DNA from: Planctomycetota bacterium
Lineage (GTDB): Bacteria; Planctomycetota; UBA8108; SXIK01
DNA length: 64,000 bases
Reading direction: 5' to 3'
NCBI GenBank assembly: GCA_965223265.1
Contig: OZ244999.1
Location: 5,216,001 to 5,280,000, forward strand
Shown: positions 19,599 through 29,509 of the stretch, piece by piece
How the letters are laid out: the number at the start of each line of letters is the position of its first letter
How positions within the stretch are numbered: position 1 is the stretch's first letter
Notes under the pieces: model-generated
What the model saw: only the letters and a program-made list of their open reading frames with translations
Told to the model about the DNA's origin: nothing
The model's database searches: none
Program-made: the position numbers and the translations under genes

Positions 19599-19797
19599 TG
19601 CATCTCCTGTACGTCTCTAAGTAGCCCGTCGCGGCGCATTGTACGGAGACGAGCGTCGGTGGGCAAGCACTGCCATGCGTGCGACGGGATGGTTGAACGA
19701 AACGGCTCTTCGCCGCCAATTCGTGCAGACATCGGAAGGATCGTCTGGACTCCCTGAAGACTGGACATTGCGGCTGATTGGTGTAAGAAGGGACGCT

Positions 19798-20553
19798 ATG
19801 AGATTCGATGGCTGTGTCGCCCTCATCACCGGTGCAGGTTCCGGAATCGGCCGCGAAACAGCACTTCAGCTAGCGACTGAAGGAGCATCCGTCTGTCTGC
19901 TCGGGCGATCGCGAAATAAGCTTGAGGAGACAGCGGCAATGGTACCAGCGGATCGCGCCATGATCCTGGAGGCGCATCATGAGCGTAGCGATGACGTCAC
20001 CGCTGCGATCGAGCAAATCCGCAGCCGCTTCGGCAGCCTCGATATTCTCGTCAACAATGCCGGCGAGTACGTCCCCGGCACTGTGGAGAAGACCTCGGAG
20101 AAAGCTTGGAATTCGGCGCTCGCCTCGAACCTCACGGGTCCCTTTCTCGTCATGCGAACGGCACTCCCTCTGCTGCGCTCGTCGGAGCGCGGCGTCGTGA
20201 TCAACGTAGCTTCGACCCTGGGACTCCGACCAGTTCCAGGCACGGTAGGATACTCTGTCGCCAAATCGGGGCTGGTGATGCTCACGAAAGCAGCGGCGCT
20301 CGAAGAAGCGCCACACGGGGTTCGTGTTGTCGTCGTTTGTCCCGGCGTCGTGGATACCCCGATTCACCGCGACCCGGCGCAGCCGCCGCAAGAAGCGGAA
20401 GCTCACATCAAACGTCTCGGCACGATGCATCCACTGGGACGCGTCGGAAGTGCCTCAGAGGTGGCTGCCGCAATCCTCTTCCTCGCTAGCGCTGCATCTT
20501 GCTGGACGACAGGTTCTGTGTTCACGATCGATGGAGGAATCTCACTCGTATGA
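19798..20553 (+). CDS. Classical short-chain dehydrogenase/reductase
   Basis: TGAGSGIG, NNAG, YSVAK, PG.VDT, HPLGR and IDGG motifs. Confidence 0.92.
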   Translation: MRFDGCVALITGAGSGIGRETALQLATEGASVCLLGRSRNKLEETAAMVPADRAMILEAHHERSDDVTAAIEQIRSRFGSLDILVNNAGEYVPGTVEKTSEKAWNSALASNLTGPFLVMRTALPLLRSSERGVVINVASTLGLRPVPGTVGYSVAKSGLVMLTKAAALEEAPHGVRVVVVCPGVVDTPIHRDPAQPPQEAEAHIKRLGTMHPLGRVGSASEVAAAILFLASAASCWTTGSVFTIDGGISLV

Positions 20554-21029
20554 GTTTCGCTCGACCCGTGCTCATCACCCGGCGTGTGAGCTTTTGTGCT
20601 GCGCATCGATATCACAACTCATCGTGGGACGATGAGACGAACCGTCGCGTGTTCGGCGCGTGCAACCATCGCTATGGTCACGGGCACAACTACGAGCTCG
20701 ACGTGACAGTGATCGGAGACATCGACCCAGAGACGGGTATGGTGATGAATCTCCGAACTCTTGACACAATCCTCAACGATGTCGTTGTTTCGAGACTCGA
20801 CCACCGCCACCTCAACGAAGAGCTTCCTGAGTGGAAAGAGAAGATCCCAACGACGGAAAATCTTGCGATCGATCTATGGCAACGTCTCTTCGACAAGATC
20901 GAACGGCCAAATGCTCGACTCTTCCGAGTCCGAATCTACGAAAGTCCGACGCTGTTCGCCGAGTACTTCGGGCCGCCCTCTGTCCGGCAGACGAACGACA
21001 CACACGACGCCAACCAAACCGACTCATAA
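20550..21029 (+). CDS. 6-pyruvoyl-tetrahydropterin synthase / QueD family protein, copy 1
   Basis: FCAAHR, CNHRYGHGHNY, DPETGMVMNL, LDHRHLN, PTTENLA. ATGA overlap with the SDR stop. Confidence 0.92.
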   Translation: MSFARPVLITRRVSFCAAHRYHNSSWDDETNRRVFGACNHRYGHGHNYELDVTVIGDIDPETGMVMNLRTLDTILNDVVVSRLDHRHLNEELPEWKEKIPTTENLAIDLWQRLFDKIERPNARLFRVRIYESPTLFAEYFGPPSVRQTNDTHDANQTDS

Positions 21030-21057
21030 CTCTGTTCGTTGCGAAAGGCCACGACCG

Positions 21058-21528
21058 ATGCCTCCTTCAGAAGACACGGTTCACATCTCGCGGATCTACC
21101 ACTTCAACGCGGGGCATCGTCTATTTCGCGCCGACTGGTCCGACGAGAAGAACTGGGAGTTTTTCGGCAAATGTAGCTATGCCGATGGCCACGGGCACAA
21201 CTACACACTCGAGGTGACGGCCGTAGGAGTACCCGATCCCGACACGGGGTGGGCCGCGCCCATTGTCGAGCTAGATCGGGCCGTCGATCAAGAAGTGATG
21301 GAACGTCTGGATCACCACAATCTCAACGAGCAGCTACCGTCGAGGTATGGTCCGGCGCCGACGACAGAAGTTCTCATCCTTGAGGTTTGGGATGCACTGG
21401 TGGCGAGAATCGGAGCCCGCTTTCAGCTGCATCGTTTGAGAATCCAGGAAACAGCGAGAAACACTTTCGAGTATTTCGGGCCGAATGTTTCGTTCGACGG
21501 GTCCTTCGGTGAACCGCCCTCGAGGTGA
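21058..21528 (+). CDS. 6-pyruvoyl-tetrahydropterin synthase / QueD family protein, copy 2
   Basis: FNAGHR, CSYADGHGHNY, LDHHNLN, PTTEVL. Confidence 0.88.
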   Translation: MPPSEDTVHISRIYHFNAGHRLFRADWSDEKNWEFFGKCSYADGHGHNYTLEVTAVGVPDPDTGWAAPIVELDRAVDQEVMERLDHHNLNEQLPSRYGPAPTTEVLILEVWDALVARIGARFQLHRLRIQETARNTFEYFGPNVSFDGSFGEPPSR

Positions 21529-21579
21529 ACCGCTACCGAGACGTGCTCTTCGTCTGTCGCACGCAACTACTGCGCGGCG

Positions 21580-22668
21580 TCACGCAAGCATCTGGTAGAG
21601 GTTCTGGAGAAAGACGCGGTTGTCCATGCCGAGATACCTCAGCTCGCCACCCATGCGAGAGAAGGACTTGCAGAAGCGCACGTAATACGCTGGGTTATCG
21701 ACAGGTGGCTCCCCCTTCGACCAGTCCCACGTCGACTCCGCTAAGTCGTTGACCACGATGGTGAAGTCATCGAGCTTCTCTCCTCGCTGCAGGAGTACGT
21801 TGCGGGACATAGAAATCGACTTTTCGAAGATCATTGGCGACATCACCGACGAGCCCGCCGAGATGTAGACGCCTCCCGCGAGGTTTTGGATGCTGCTGGC
21901 GTAAGAGAGAAAATCGAAAAGAGAAGCCCTGCCGACGCCTCCCCCGGTGATGAGAGGGTGGCTGTAGATAATGTCCTGCCCAATCCCGGGGTGAACGGTG
22001 AAGGGGACGGACTTCTCGTAACACGCGCACTGGATGCTTTTCGCTTTCCACGGATGCGGAATCGTCCGAACACCGCCCGCCGTCCTCGTTTGTTCCAGCG
22101 CCCCGAGAAGGTCGATCGCCGCGGCCGCCTTTTCGTGAGATCCACTCTCTAGGTGTTCGGCGGCGATGCCGCGCAGCTCAGTGGGTGCGGGAATCGCGAG
22201 CTTTTCAGAGGCGATCAATCGGCCCACCGAGGCTCCGTACCCGAGACCTTCCAACGCACCCGAGAGGAGCGCGAGGCCGATGAAAGCGCCAGTCTCCTCC
22301 CAGATCCCAAACTCGCCGACCGCCACGTTCTCACGGACGTCCTCGCAACTGCTGCCAAGAAAAGCAAACTCCCAGTCATGAATGGAGCCGGCGCCGTTGG
22401 TAGCAACATGGGTCAACCATCCTTCACGGACAAGCCGAATCAACAGCGGCGCCAGTCCGTTCTTGACCAGATGCGCGCCGTGACAGATCACCACCGGAGC
22501 GCCGCGGTCCCTGGCCTCACGCACGCGCTGCGCGACGGTCGCGATGTCGTCACCAAGTGCGCCCGGATCCGGAGCCTTGGCGTCCGGATCGACAGCGATC
22601 TCATCGATGCGGAATTTGTTTCGGCGCTCCCGGACAGAGCGAAAACGAATCGTACGTCGATCGAACAT
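21580..22668 (-). CDS. Deoxyhypusine-synthase-like (DHS fold) protein of unknown function
   Basis: GAHLVKNGL, HVATNGAGSIHDWE, EDV...G.FG.WEETG, TVHPGIGQDI, GSSVMSPMIFEK. Confidence 0.65.
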   Translation of the reverse strand: MFDRRTIRFRSVRERRNKFRIDEIAVDPDAKAPDPGALGDDIATVAQRVREARDRGAPVVICHGAHLVKNGLAPLLIRLVREGWLTHVATNGAGSIHDWEFAFLGSSCEDVRENVAVGEFGIWEETGAFIGLALLSGALEGLGYGASVGRLIASEKLAIPAPTELRGIAAEHLESGSHEKAAAAIDLLGALEQTRTAGGVRTIPHPWKAKSIQCACYEKSVPFTVHPGIGQDIIYSHPLITGGGVGRASLFDFLSYASSIQNLAGGVYISAGSSVMSPMIFEKSISMSRNVLLQRGEKLDDFTIVVNDLAESTWDWSKGEPPVDNPAYYVRFCKSFSRMGGELRYLGMDNRVFLQNLYQMLA

Positions 22669-22680
22669 GATCCTAAGTTC

Positions 22681-23709
22681 CTAGGCAGTCGTCTCGAAGT
22701 CATTGATTAGGTTGATCAACTGTCGAAGGCGGCTAATCCGCTTACGCTCGAAACGACCGCCGATACGGTGAAGGCTGGCAGTCTCTGGTTCATCTCGCTC
22801 CTCGTAGCGATGAGCGTCGACACGCTGAAACCGTCCAGAGCTCAGGAGATCGCCGAACTCCGAATTGACCTTGTCTAGAAGTGCGTCGCTGACGGGCTCA
22901 ACAACACGGAGCACAAGGTACTCCGGCAAGTACCGGAAGGAATGAAAATTCGAGTAGAAGTGGCGAACGATCTCAACGGCTTCGTCGACGTCCTGCGTCG
23001 TCTGGACGAGGTGAAGATCTGTCGGATCGATGTACCGCCCAGCAGACAGATTTCTGCGCACGTATTCGAGCCACTCTTGCCAGTAGGTTCCTCCTGGCTC
23101 ATCAATGCAGACGATCGGCACAATCTTGCTCTTACCGGTCTGGATCAAGGTCAGCGATTCGTAGGCTTCGTCGAACGTCCCGAAGCCACCTGGAAAGAGA
23201 CAGATCGCGTCGACCTCTTTAACGAACACAACCTTGCGTGAGAAAAAATATTTGAAGTTAACAAGCTTGGGGTCGTCGGCAATGACTGGATTCGCTTTCT
23301 GTTCAAACGGCAGCCGAATATTGACCCCAAAACTGTTCGAGCGACCCGCTCCGCCCTGCGCTGCCTGCATGATGCCTGGTCCAGCACCTGTGACAACCAT
23401 CCACCCAATGCGGATCATCTGATTGGCAAGCCGAAAAGCAGCTTCGTACTCCGGTGCACCTTCAGGCGTTCTCGCTGAACCAAACACGGCCACCTTCCGA
23501 ATCCTCCGATAGGGAGCGAACACGCGAAAGGCGTAGCGCAGCTCCTTAAAGGCCTGCGTGACCATCTTCATATCGCCACGCGAAGGTCGATCACGTGTGA
23601 ACTTGATGGCGGTCGATATGATGTCGTGGAGGCACTTCGACTCCGGATACTCTTCCGGATTCGAGGCAATCTCGCGAATGGATTTGATGAGAGCTTCTAA
23701 GTCGCGCAT
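22681..23709 (-). CDS. LOG family (nucleotide phosphoribohydrolase-like) protein
   Basis: VFGSAR, TGAGPGIMQA, LPFEQ, FKYFFSRK, PGGFGTFDE, QTGK. Confidence 0.92.
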   Translation of the reverse strand: MRDLEALIKSIREIASNPEEYPESKCLHDIISTAIKFTRDRPSRGDMKMVTQAFKELRYAFRVFAPYRRIRKVAVFGSARTPEGAPEYEAAFRLANQMIRIGWMVVTGAGPGIMQAAQGGAGRSNSFGVNIRLPFEQKANPVIADDPKLVNFKYFFSRKVVFVKEVDAICLFPGGFGTFDEAYESLTLIQTGKSKIVPIVCIDEPGGTYWQEWLEYVRRNLSAGRYIDPTDLHLVQTTQDVDEAVEIVRHFYSNFHSFRYLPEYLVLRVVEPVSDALLDKVNSEFGDLLSSGRFQRVDAHRYEERDEPETASLHRIGGRFERKRISRLRQLINLINDFETTA

Positions 23710-24153
23710 GGAATCACCCGGACTCGAACCTCGGAGTCCTGGACGCAATCCCCAACGCCGGCGAAAAATGGTGCGCACCAGCGACGAAGATCGCGTCAGC
23801 GTTTCGAGATGCAGTGGCCCACCGGGCGTACTTCACCGCAGGCGAGTCTTGCCGACGCGGCTCAACCGTCGCCAATGGCGCGCTCTTCGGCGAGCCGGGG
23901 GCATTTCGAGCTATCATTTTTTGCAGGCGTTGGGGTCAAACTTCAACAATTCGTTTCCGCTGCATTTGAACGCCGCACGTCGTCATCACGCCATCACTGC
24001 TGACGCGACCACCAGCGCGCACACGAGACCGTCTCAACGAACGCCGTCGTGACCGGATACTCTCCAATCTCGGTGAGGTGCACCGACTCACACCGCGGCG
24101 CACCTGCCCACCGAGCCCACGCAGCCTTCCTATCGGTGTCGAAGGAGCTGGTC

Positions 24154-26334
24154 TCACTCGAAAAACGAGCGGATCCCCTCTATTTTAATGCGAAGGGAGC
24201 CACCGGGTAACTCCACATCCGCCTGTTCGCCCGCTCGTTTGCCAAACAAAGAGCGAGCTAAAGGCGAGCTGTAGGCGAGCACGCCCTCCTCTGGCGATCC
24301 ATCCCAAGGGCCAAGCACTCGATACAGCAGCTCCTGCCCCGTCTCGAGGTTCACAGCACTCACGACAGACCCAAGCGAGACGACTTCGTTCTGCTGGGAC
24401 GTAGCTTCGATCAGTACCGCTTTGTCGAGCTCTTCCTTCATGCGCGTCGCCTGACTCGTCAGCTGATCCCGGGTTTCAAGCGCCGCGGTGTACTCAGCGT
24501 TTTCCGACAAATCTCCAAAGCCAGCCGCTCGTCCAATGTCTTCGAAGTTTTTCGGCAGCTTCACTTCCATGATCTCTCGAAACTCGTTGCGCCGTCGCTC
24601 GAGTCCCTCTGCCGTCGTGTAGATACACTCCTCCTCCCACGGAGGAACCGCCTTCTGCTCGAGCTGTGGCTCGTGCTCGGCGAGAATCTCGAGAAGCGCG
24701 CCCTTGGTCTCCGGAGTGAAGTTCTCTTGCGAAACGATGCGACGGTGAAGTTCGCGTAGCTCCTGACCGCTCATCAGTTCGATGCCTGCAACGAAAAGAT
24801 CGCTTCTGTCGGGATCCAGAATCGACTGAATCTTCGTCAAGAAATCCTTAAACTGTTCCTTCGCAACGCGGACCGCTCGGTGGGAGACGTGGTCAATGAG
24901 GTCGAATGCGATGACGAGGAGTTCACGCTTAGAGCGCTGGCCCACGATGTCATTGTGCGGGCGCTTTTGCCCGCTAACGAAGGAGGACAGAAGGAAGCAG
25001 ACAGCCCGAGGAGACGTGTTGGGCGACGCCAGAAGCCCGTCGACCACCTCTGCCGCAGTCTCGGGCGCGTGTTGCGCCAACGCGTTCAACATGACGGTAC
25101 GCAGCGCGTCACTGTCACCAGCGACCAGCTTTCGCGCGATCTCTTTCCAGTCCGCCGGCCGGGCGTCAAAAATCGCCGCGGCCGCCTTGCGCTGAGCTTC
25201 GGGCCCGGGTAGTCGCTGCAGCGATTCAGCCAGTTTCTCAACGCCCAAGCGGCTGACGATGTCATGGAGCGCCTTGGGGTCGCCGTCGCTCTCTGCTCGA
25301 GCCAGAATGGACGCCGCATCGATCGCGACGACCACGTCCTCGCCCTGCACTCGTTCGGCGAGATTAGATCGAATTTGTGACCACACTTCCTTGAGGTCGG
25401 GCCCAGAGCGCCGGGCGGCTTGCTTCGCGATCTTGCGGGCAGCAGGCCACTGCGCGGCGAAATACTCAGCGACTAACTCGTCGGCGTAGCTTACGGCCGC
25501 CTCGAGACGTTCGACCAAGTAGGGAGAACGTTCGCCGATCCTGTAAAACCCGGACGACCGCAGCACCGATCGAGTCTTAGACCACCACCGGGCCCACGTC
25601 TTCGCATCGATGACGTTCGGCACGAGGTGGCCACGAATCTCCTTCGCCCCCAAGGGGTTCCCGAAGGAATCCAGAACGCGATCGACCAGCTCGGTGGGTG
25701 CCTCATCGCGCAATCGGGCCAGCTCGTCGCCGCCTTCATAGAGAAGCGCGCGGAAGCTCTGGGGTGGGACAAACTCAAGAATCGAGTCGACTGCATCGAC
25801 GGCGATGCGGTGATCCGGCTTCTCCTCAAGGTTAACCCGTACCTGTTTCAAGAAGGGATCCACCCCAAGGACTTTCCCCATCCCCCAGCCCGACGCATGG
25901 AAGACGTATGCCCCCTCTCGATAGAGCATCAGGCGTTCAAGCCGAGTCAAAGCGCCTAGAAGGTCGCTACTTTCACGCACTTGAACTGCGTCGTAAAACG
26001 CACGCTCCGGAGACGCCATTGGATAGTGCTTTTCGAACGAGTCGCAGAACGCTTCGCGGTGCTGGCGGTTGCGCGGATCTTCACGCGCCAGCATCGAAAA
26101 CAAGCGCAGCGAGAGGCGGGCCGGCGTCTCGTCGTCGACGCAACTGCCGAGAAGCTCAAGGAGCGTGCCGAGCGGCGCGTCAGACCGGTCGTTCTCTTGA
26201 ATCGACTCGGCGACGTCGATCAATCCCTCCAGGGTCTGTGAATCGACAACCCCCTCGCCGATTGCCTCGATCCAAGTTTCCTCGAGACGTGAATAGTCTC
26301 GGGAGGCCGCCAACTCTCGCAACTGACTCAACAT
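24154..26334 (-). CDS. greA: Transcription elongation factor GreA with a long N-terminal extension
   Basis: C-terminal GDLSENAEY, LGPWD and SPLARSL; N-terminal H.SGWG.G motif of the long Chlamydia/spirochete/PVC-type Gre proteins. Confidence 0.88.
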   Translation of the reverse strand: MLSQLRELAASRDYSRLEETWIEAIGEGVVDSQTLEGLIDVAESIQENDRSDAPLGTLLELLGSCVDDETPARLSLRLFSMLAREDPRNRQHREAFCDSFEKHYPMASPERAFYDAVQVRESSDLLGALTRLERLMLYREGAYVFHASGWGMGKVLGVDPFLKQVRVNLEEKPDHRIAVDAVDSILEFVPPQSFRALLYEGGDELARLRDEAPTELVDRVLDSFGNPLGAKEIRGHLVPNVIDAKTWARWWSKTRSVLRSSGFYRIGERSPYLVERLEAAVSYADELVAEYFAAQWPAARKIAKQAARRSGPDLKEVWSQIRSNLAERVQGEDVVVAIDAASILARAESDGDPKALHDIVSRLGVEKLAESLQRLPGPEAQRKAAAAIFDARPADWKEIARKLVAGDSDALRTVMLNALAQHAPETAAEVVDGLLASPNTSPRAVCFLLSSFVSGQKRPHNDIVGQRSKRELLVIAFDLIDHVSHRAVRVAKEQFKDFLTKIQSILDPDRSDLFVAGIELMSGQELRELHRRIVSQENFTPETKGALLEILAEHEPQLEQKAVPPWEEECIYTTAEGLERRRNEFREIMEVKLPKNFEDIGRAAGFGDLSENAEYTAALETRDQLTSQATRMKEELDKAVLIEATSQQNEVVSLGSVVSAVNLETGQELLYRVLGPWDGSPEEGVLAYSSPLARSLFGKRAGEQADVELPGGSLRIKIEGIRSFFE

Positions 26335-26607
26335 CTTGGTTCGCTCGACGCCTGAACGATCTTGGAACCCGCCTGCAATCGTCTGCAAGCAGAACGAAAA
26401 GGAAGTCACCGTGCGGCCCTAGTCAGCGCGCGGAAGCTTGAGATTTGAACCGGTGGTGAAGGAAAATACAAGGAAGAAGTGGACCCGCGCTGAAGCACAA
26501 AAGAGGCTGAGAGAAGAGCGTTTCAACGGCCTGAAATGCCGCGGAGTGCGCGCAGACGACGGGTCGATTTCTCCCCATCCCACGTTTGCCTCCGGCTGCA
26601 AAGTTAA

Positions 26608-26707
26608 CAACCTGTTGAAAAGTGCCTCGAGCTGAAATCGTTCGCCTCACGGCCGACCTGCTCGTGAGGAGGCCGGTGTCTCCGACGAGTGACTTTTCAT
26701 TGGGCTG
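26608..26707. mobile_element. MITE-like non-coding element, copy 2
   Basis: CAACCTGTTGAAAAGT ... ACTTTTCATTGGGCTG; shares its ends and an internal CAC.G.CCGACC-like segment with the reverse complement of 2105-2228. Confidence 0.55.
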
Positions 26708-27366
26708 TTCAGTTGAAGACGAAAGTTGTGAGTCTCACAAACCGCGCTGTTTCCTTTGGCGGTCGCCCTAACGCGGAAACGCACGAAGCATCTGTGGGTC
26801 GCGCCCTAAGCGCCGCACCAACTCCTCCGAACCCCGCAAGAGCGAACAGCGATAGCCGCCCGCCTTTTCCGTTACGACTGTTCGCAGACGCAAAAACAGA
26901 ATCGCCGCACCGTCTACGCGCACGATTGGCGCGCGGTTCAACCCATCGATCTAACGACAGTTTTGCGGCGCCGCAGCGATAGCGACGGCACTTCGGGAAA
27001 CCACGGTTTCGTTAGACTTTGGCTACACTTTTTGTTAGGATTGGCGCCTTCGTCTGATTGTTGAATTGTTGACGCTTCGTTGGCGAGGTCCCGCGAGTTC
27101 TTCGGGCTCCGAGCCGATGCCGCGAGAGACGTTCGAGATTCGCCAAGCGACTTCGGACGGTCCACGGCACGCCGTGCACGCCGAGTCATGCTTGCCGGGT
27201 CGTTCGAAGCACAACACGGACACGCCACGGTGCGGCTCGGCGTAGAAGACGCCAGGCTTCCGGGCGCTCGGGCTGAGCCACGGGGACGAGGTGAGCAGCC
27301 TGAAAGCGCTCGACGGCGTTATGAATCACCGCGACTCCGCGAAAGACCAAGTAAGGAGACTCCCTC

Positions 27367-28365
27367 ATGACGATTCGAGTTGGCATCAATGGGTTTGGCC
27401 GGATCGGGCGTGCGGTTTTCCGCATCCTCCGCCAGCGCAAAATCGACGTCGTTGGCATCAATGACCTCACCGACGCGAAGACGCTCGCACACTTGCTAAA
27501 GTACGACACCGTCATGGGTCGCCACTTCGAGACCGTCGAGTCCTCGCAGGGCGCTCTGAAGGTTGGCGGCGACGATATCCCGATCAGCGCCATCCGCAAT
27601 CCCGAGGAAATCCCCTGGAAAGAGCTTGGTGCCGACTTCGTCGTCGAGTCGACCGGGGTGTTTGGCAAGCGGCAAGATCTCGAAAAACATCTCGCCGCAG
27701 GTGCGAAGAAGGTCGTTCTGACTGTCCCCCCGAAGGAGCCGATTGATGCTCTCGTCGTGTTGGGTGTTAACGACGACACCCTGAAACCGGATCACAAGCT
27801 GATTTCGAATGCTTCGTGCACAACGAACTGCTTGGCTCCGCTCGCCAAAGTGATCCATGAGGCGTTTGGAATCGAGTCGGGCATCATGACGACCGTGCAT
27901 GCCTACACGAACGACCAACGTCTCTCAGATCTACCTCACTCCGATCTCCGCCGAGCCCGGGCGGCAGCGCAAAACATCATCCCGACCACAACCGGCGCAG
28001 CTCGTGCGGTTGGCAAAGTGCTGCCAGAGCTCGACGGCAAACTCGACGGCATCGCGCTTCGCGTGCCAGTGCTCGACGGCTCGGTCGTCGACTTAGTCGC
28101 GACACTCCAGCGCGAAGTCACGGCTGAAGAGGTGAATGCTGCCGTCAAAGCGGGCGCCGACAAGATCCCAAACGTTCTAGAATACTGCGAAGACCCCATC
28201 GTCTCGAGCGACGTCATCGGCAACCCTCATTCATCGGTGTTTGACGCTTTGTCGACGATGGTCATGGGCGGAAAAGGAAATCAAGTGAAGCTGATCTCGT
28301 GGTACGACAATGAGTGGGGTTACTCGAGCCGGGTCTGCGATCTCCTTGAGAAGATCGCCAGATAG
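27367..28365 (+). CDS. gap: Type I glyceraldehyde-3-phosphate dehydrogenase
   Basis: [22 protein letters not shown] and WYDNEWGYS; AAGGAG RBS. Confidence 0.98.
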   Translation: MTIRVGINGFGRIGRAVFRILRQRKIDVVGINDLTDAKTLAHLLKYDTVMGRHFETVESSQGALKVGGDDIPISAIRNPEEIPWKELGADFVVESTGVFGKRQDLEKHLAAGAKKVVLTVPPKEPIDALVVLGVNDDTLKPDHKLISNASCTTNCLAPLAKVIHEAFGIESGIMTTVHAYTNDQRLSDLPHSDLRRARAAAQNIIPTTTGAARAVGKVLPELDGKLDGIALRVPVLDGSVVDLVATLQREVTAEEVNAAVKAGADKIPNVLEYCEDPIVSSDVIGNPHSSVFDALSTMVMGGKGNQVKLISWYDNEWGYSSRVCDLLEKIAR

Positions 28366-28380
28366 AACAGATCTTAGCAG

Positions 28381-28454
28381 CCGCAAAAAAGTGGCGGCGC
28401 GGTCTCGCCTCGCGCCGCGGAGACAACCGAATGGCTCGCCGCTCTTTTTTGCGG
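28381..28454 (+). terminator. Long inverted repeat or terminator-like structure after gap
   Basis: CCGCAAAAAAG...CTTTTTTGCGG enclosing a GC-rich inner hairpin. Confidence 0.5.
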
Positions 28455-28521
28455 GGGTTCGAATTCAGTCGCGCCCGGCGATGGTAACTGATCCGGTGGC
28501 GACCGATCATGGGACGCCGGC

Positions 28522-29379
28522 ATGTCGCCTTGCGCTGTAGCGGTCGGCTGCGACATCGGTGGCACCGCCATCAAATGCGTGCGCGTGGCGAACAAAGAGA
28601 TCGAGTCTGAATCTCGCGTTGCGACTCCAGCGTCGACTGCGGATCTCGTCGATGCAGTCGTCGAATCGATCGACCAGCACTTGATGCCTCATTCTCACAG
28701 CGCGGTCGGTGTCGCGTTTTGCGGCCACCTCGACGCAGCGCGGAGAAGTGTCATCCGTTCGACAAATCTGCCATTTCTTGAAGACTTCCCGTTGGCCGAC
28801 GCGATCGAAGCACGTTTTTCCGGCGCCACGGTTGTCCTCGATACAGACACCAACGCGGGTGCAGTCGCAGAATCGGTCGACGATGATCCGGCGCACCATA
28901 CCCTGTACGTTGCCCTCGGAACGGGCGTCGGTGCGGCTTTGACGCGTGGCGGTGAACCGGTTCGAGTACGCCACCACACGGTCGGACACATCGCGGCGCT
29001 GCGCCTCCCCGGCGCTCATGAACAAGCCACCGTTGAGAGTGAACTCTCCAGCCGCGGCATATTGGAACGAGCCGCGCGCTCAGGCATCCACGTCGCCACC
29101 ACCGCCGAACTCTACGACCTCGCGTGTCGGGACGATATGGCGCAGGAGGTTTGGCGACGTGTCGGCGTGCGCCTCGGAGAGCTCCTAGCACAGCTCAGCG
29201 TGCTGTGGTCGCCGCAGCGGATCGTCATCGGCGGCGGCACGACCGGCGCTGACGAGTACTTTCTTCAAAGCGCTCAACAGCAGCTCGCCGTTCGACTCGA
29301 GGCGCCGCCGCGTCTGACGACAGCTCGTCACGGCACATTCGCGAACGCCGTTGGCGCCGCGTTCCTAGCAAGCCGATAG
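28522..29379 (+). CDS. ROK family sugar kinase-like protein
   Basis: GCDIGGT, DTNAGAVAE, LGTGVG, IGGG and A.AVGAA. Lacks the usual CxCGxxGC zinc motif. Confidence 0.85.
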   Translation: MSPCAVAVGCDIGGTAIKCVRVANKEIESESRVATPASTADLVDAVVESIDQHLMPHSHSAVGVAFCGHLDAARRSVIRSTNLPFLEDFPLADAIEARFSGATVVLDTDTNAGAVAESVDDDPAHHTLYVALGTGVGAALTRGGEPVRVRHHTVGHIAALRLPGAHEQATVESELSSRGILERAARSGIHVATTAELYDLACRDDMAQEVWRRVGVRLGELLAQLSVLWSPQRIVIGGGTTGADEYFLQSAQQQLAVRLEAPPRLTTARHGTFANAVGAAFLASR

Positions 29380-29509
29380 GAGCGCCCAGGCCTGCGCCCG
29401 TCCTCCGCCATGACCCGAACGGGTTCGAGCCCGCGTCGCTCCAGGCGTTCCCAGGCTCGACGCGAAATGGCAGTAGCGTGCGTGCAGGCCAGCGGTTCGA
29501 CTCTTGATC

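Noticed and set aside
23700-23790. GGTTCGAGTCC on the minus strand resembling a tRNA T-loop
   Set aside because: The T-stem does not pair and no cloverleaf or acceptor stem can be built. The same applies to GGTTCGA hits near 28456, 29421 and 29494.
24154-26334. Very long GreA as a novelty
   Set aside because: N-terminally extended Gre factors are already known from Chlamydiae, spirochetes and related lineages.
26419-26650. Short ORFs upstream of greA as a possible small ribosomal protein
   Set aside because: No recognisable motif or RBS, and they partly overlap the MITE-like element.
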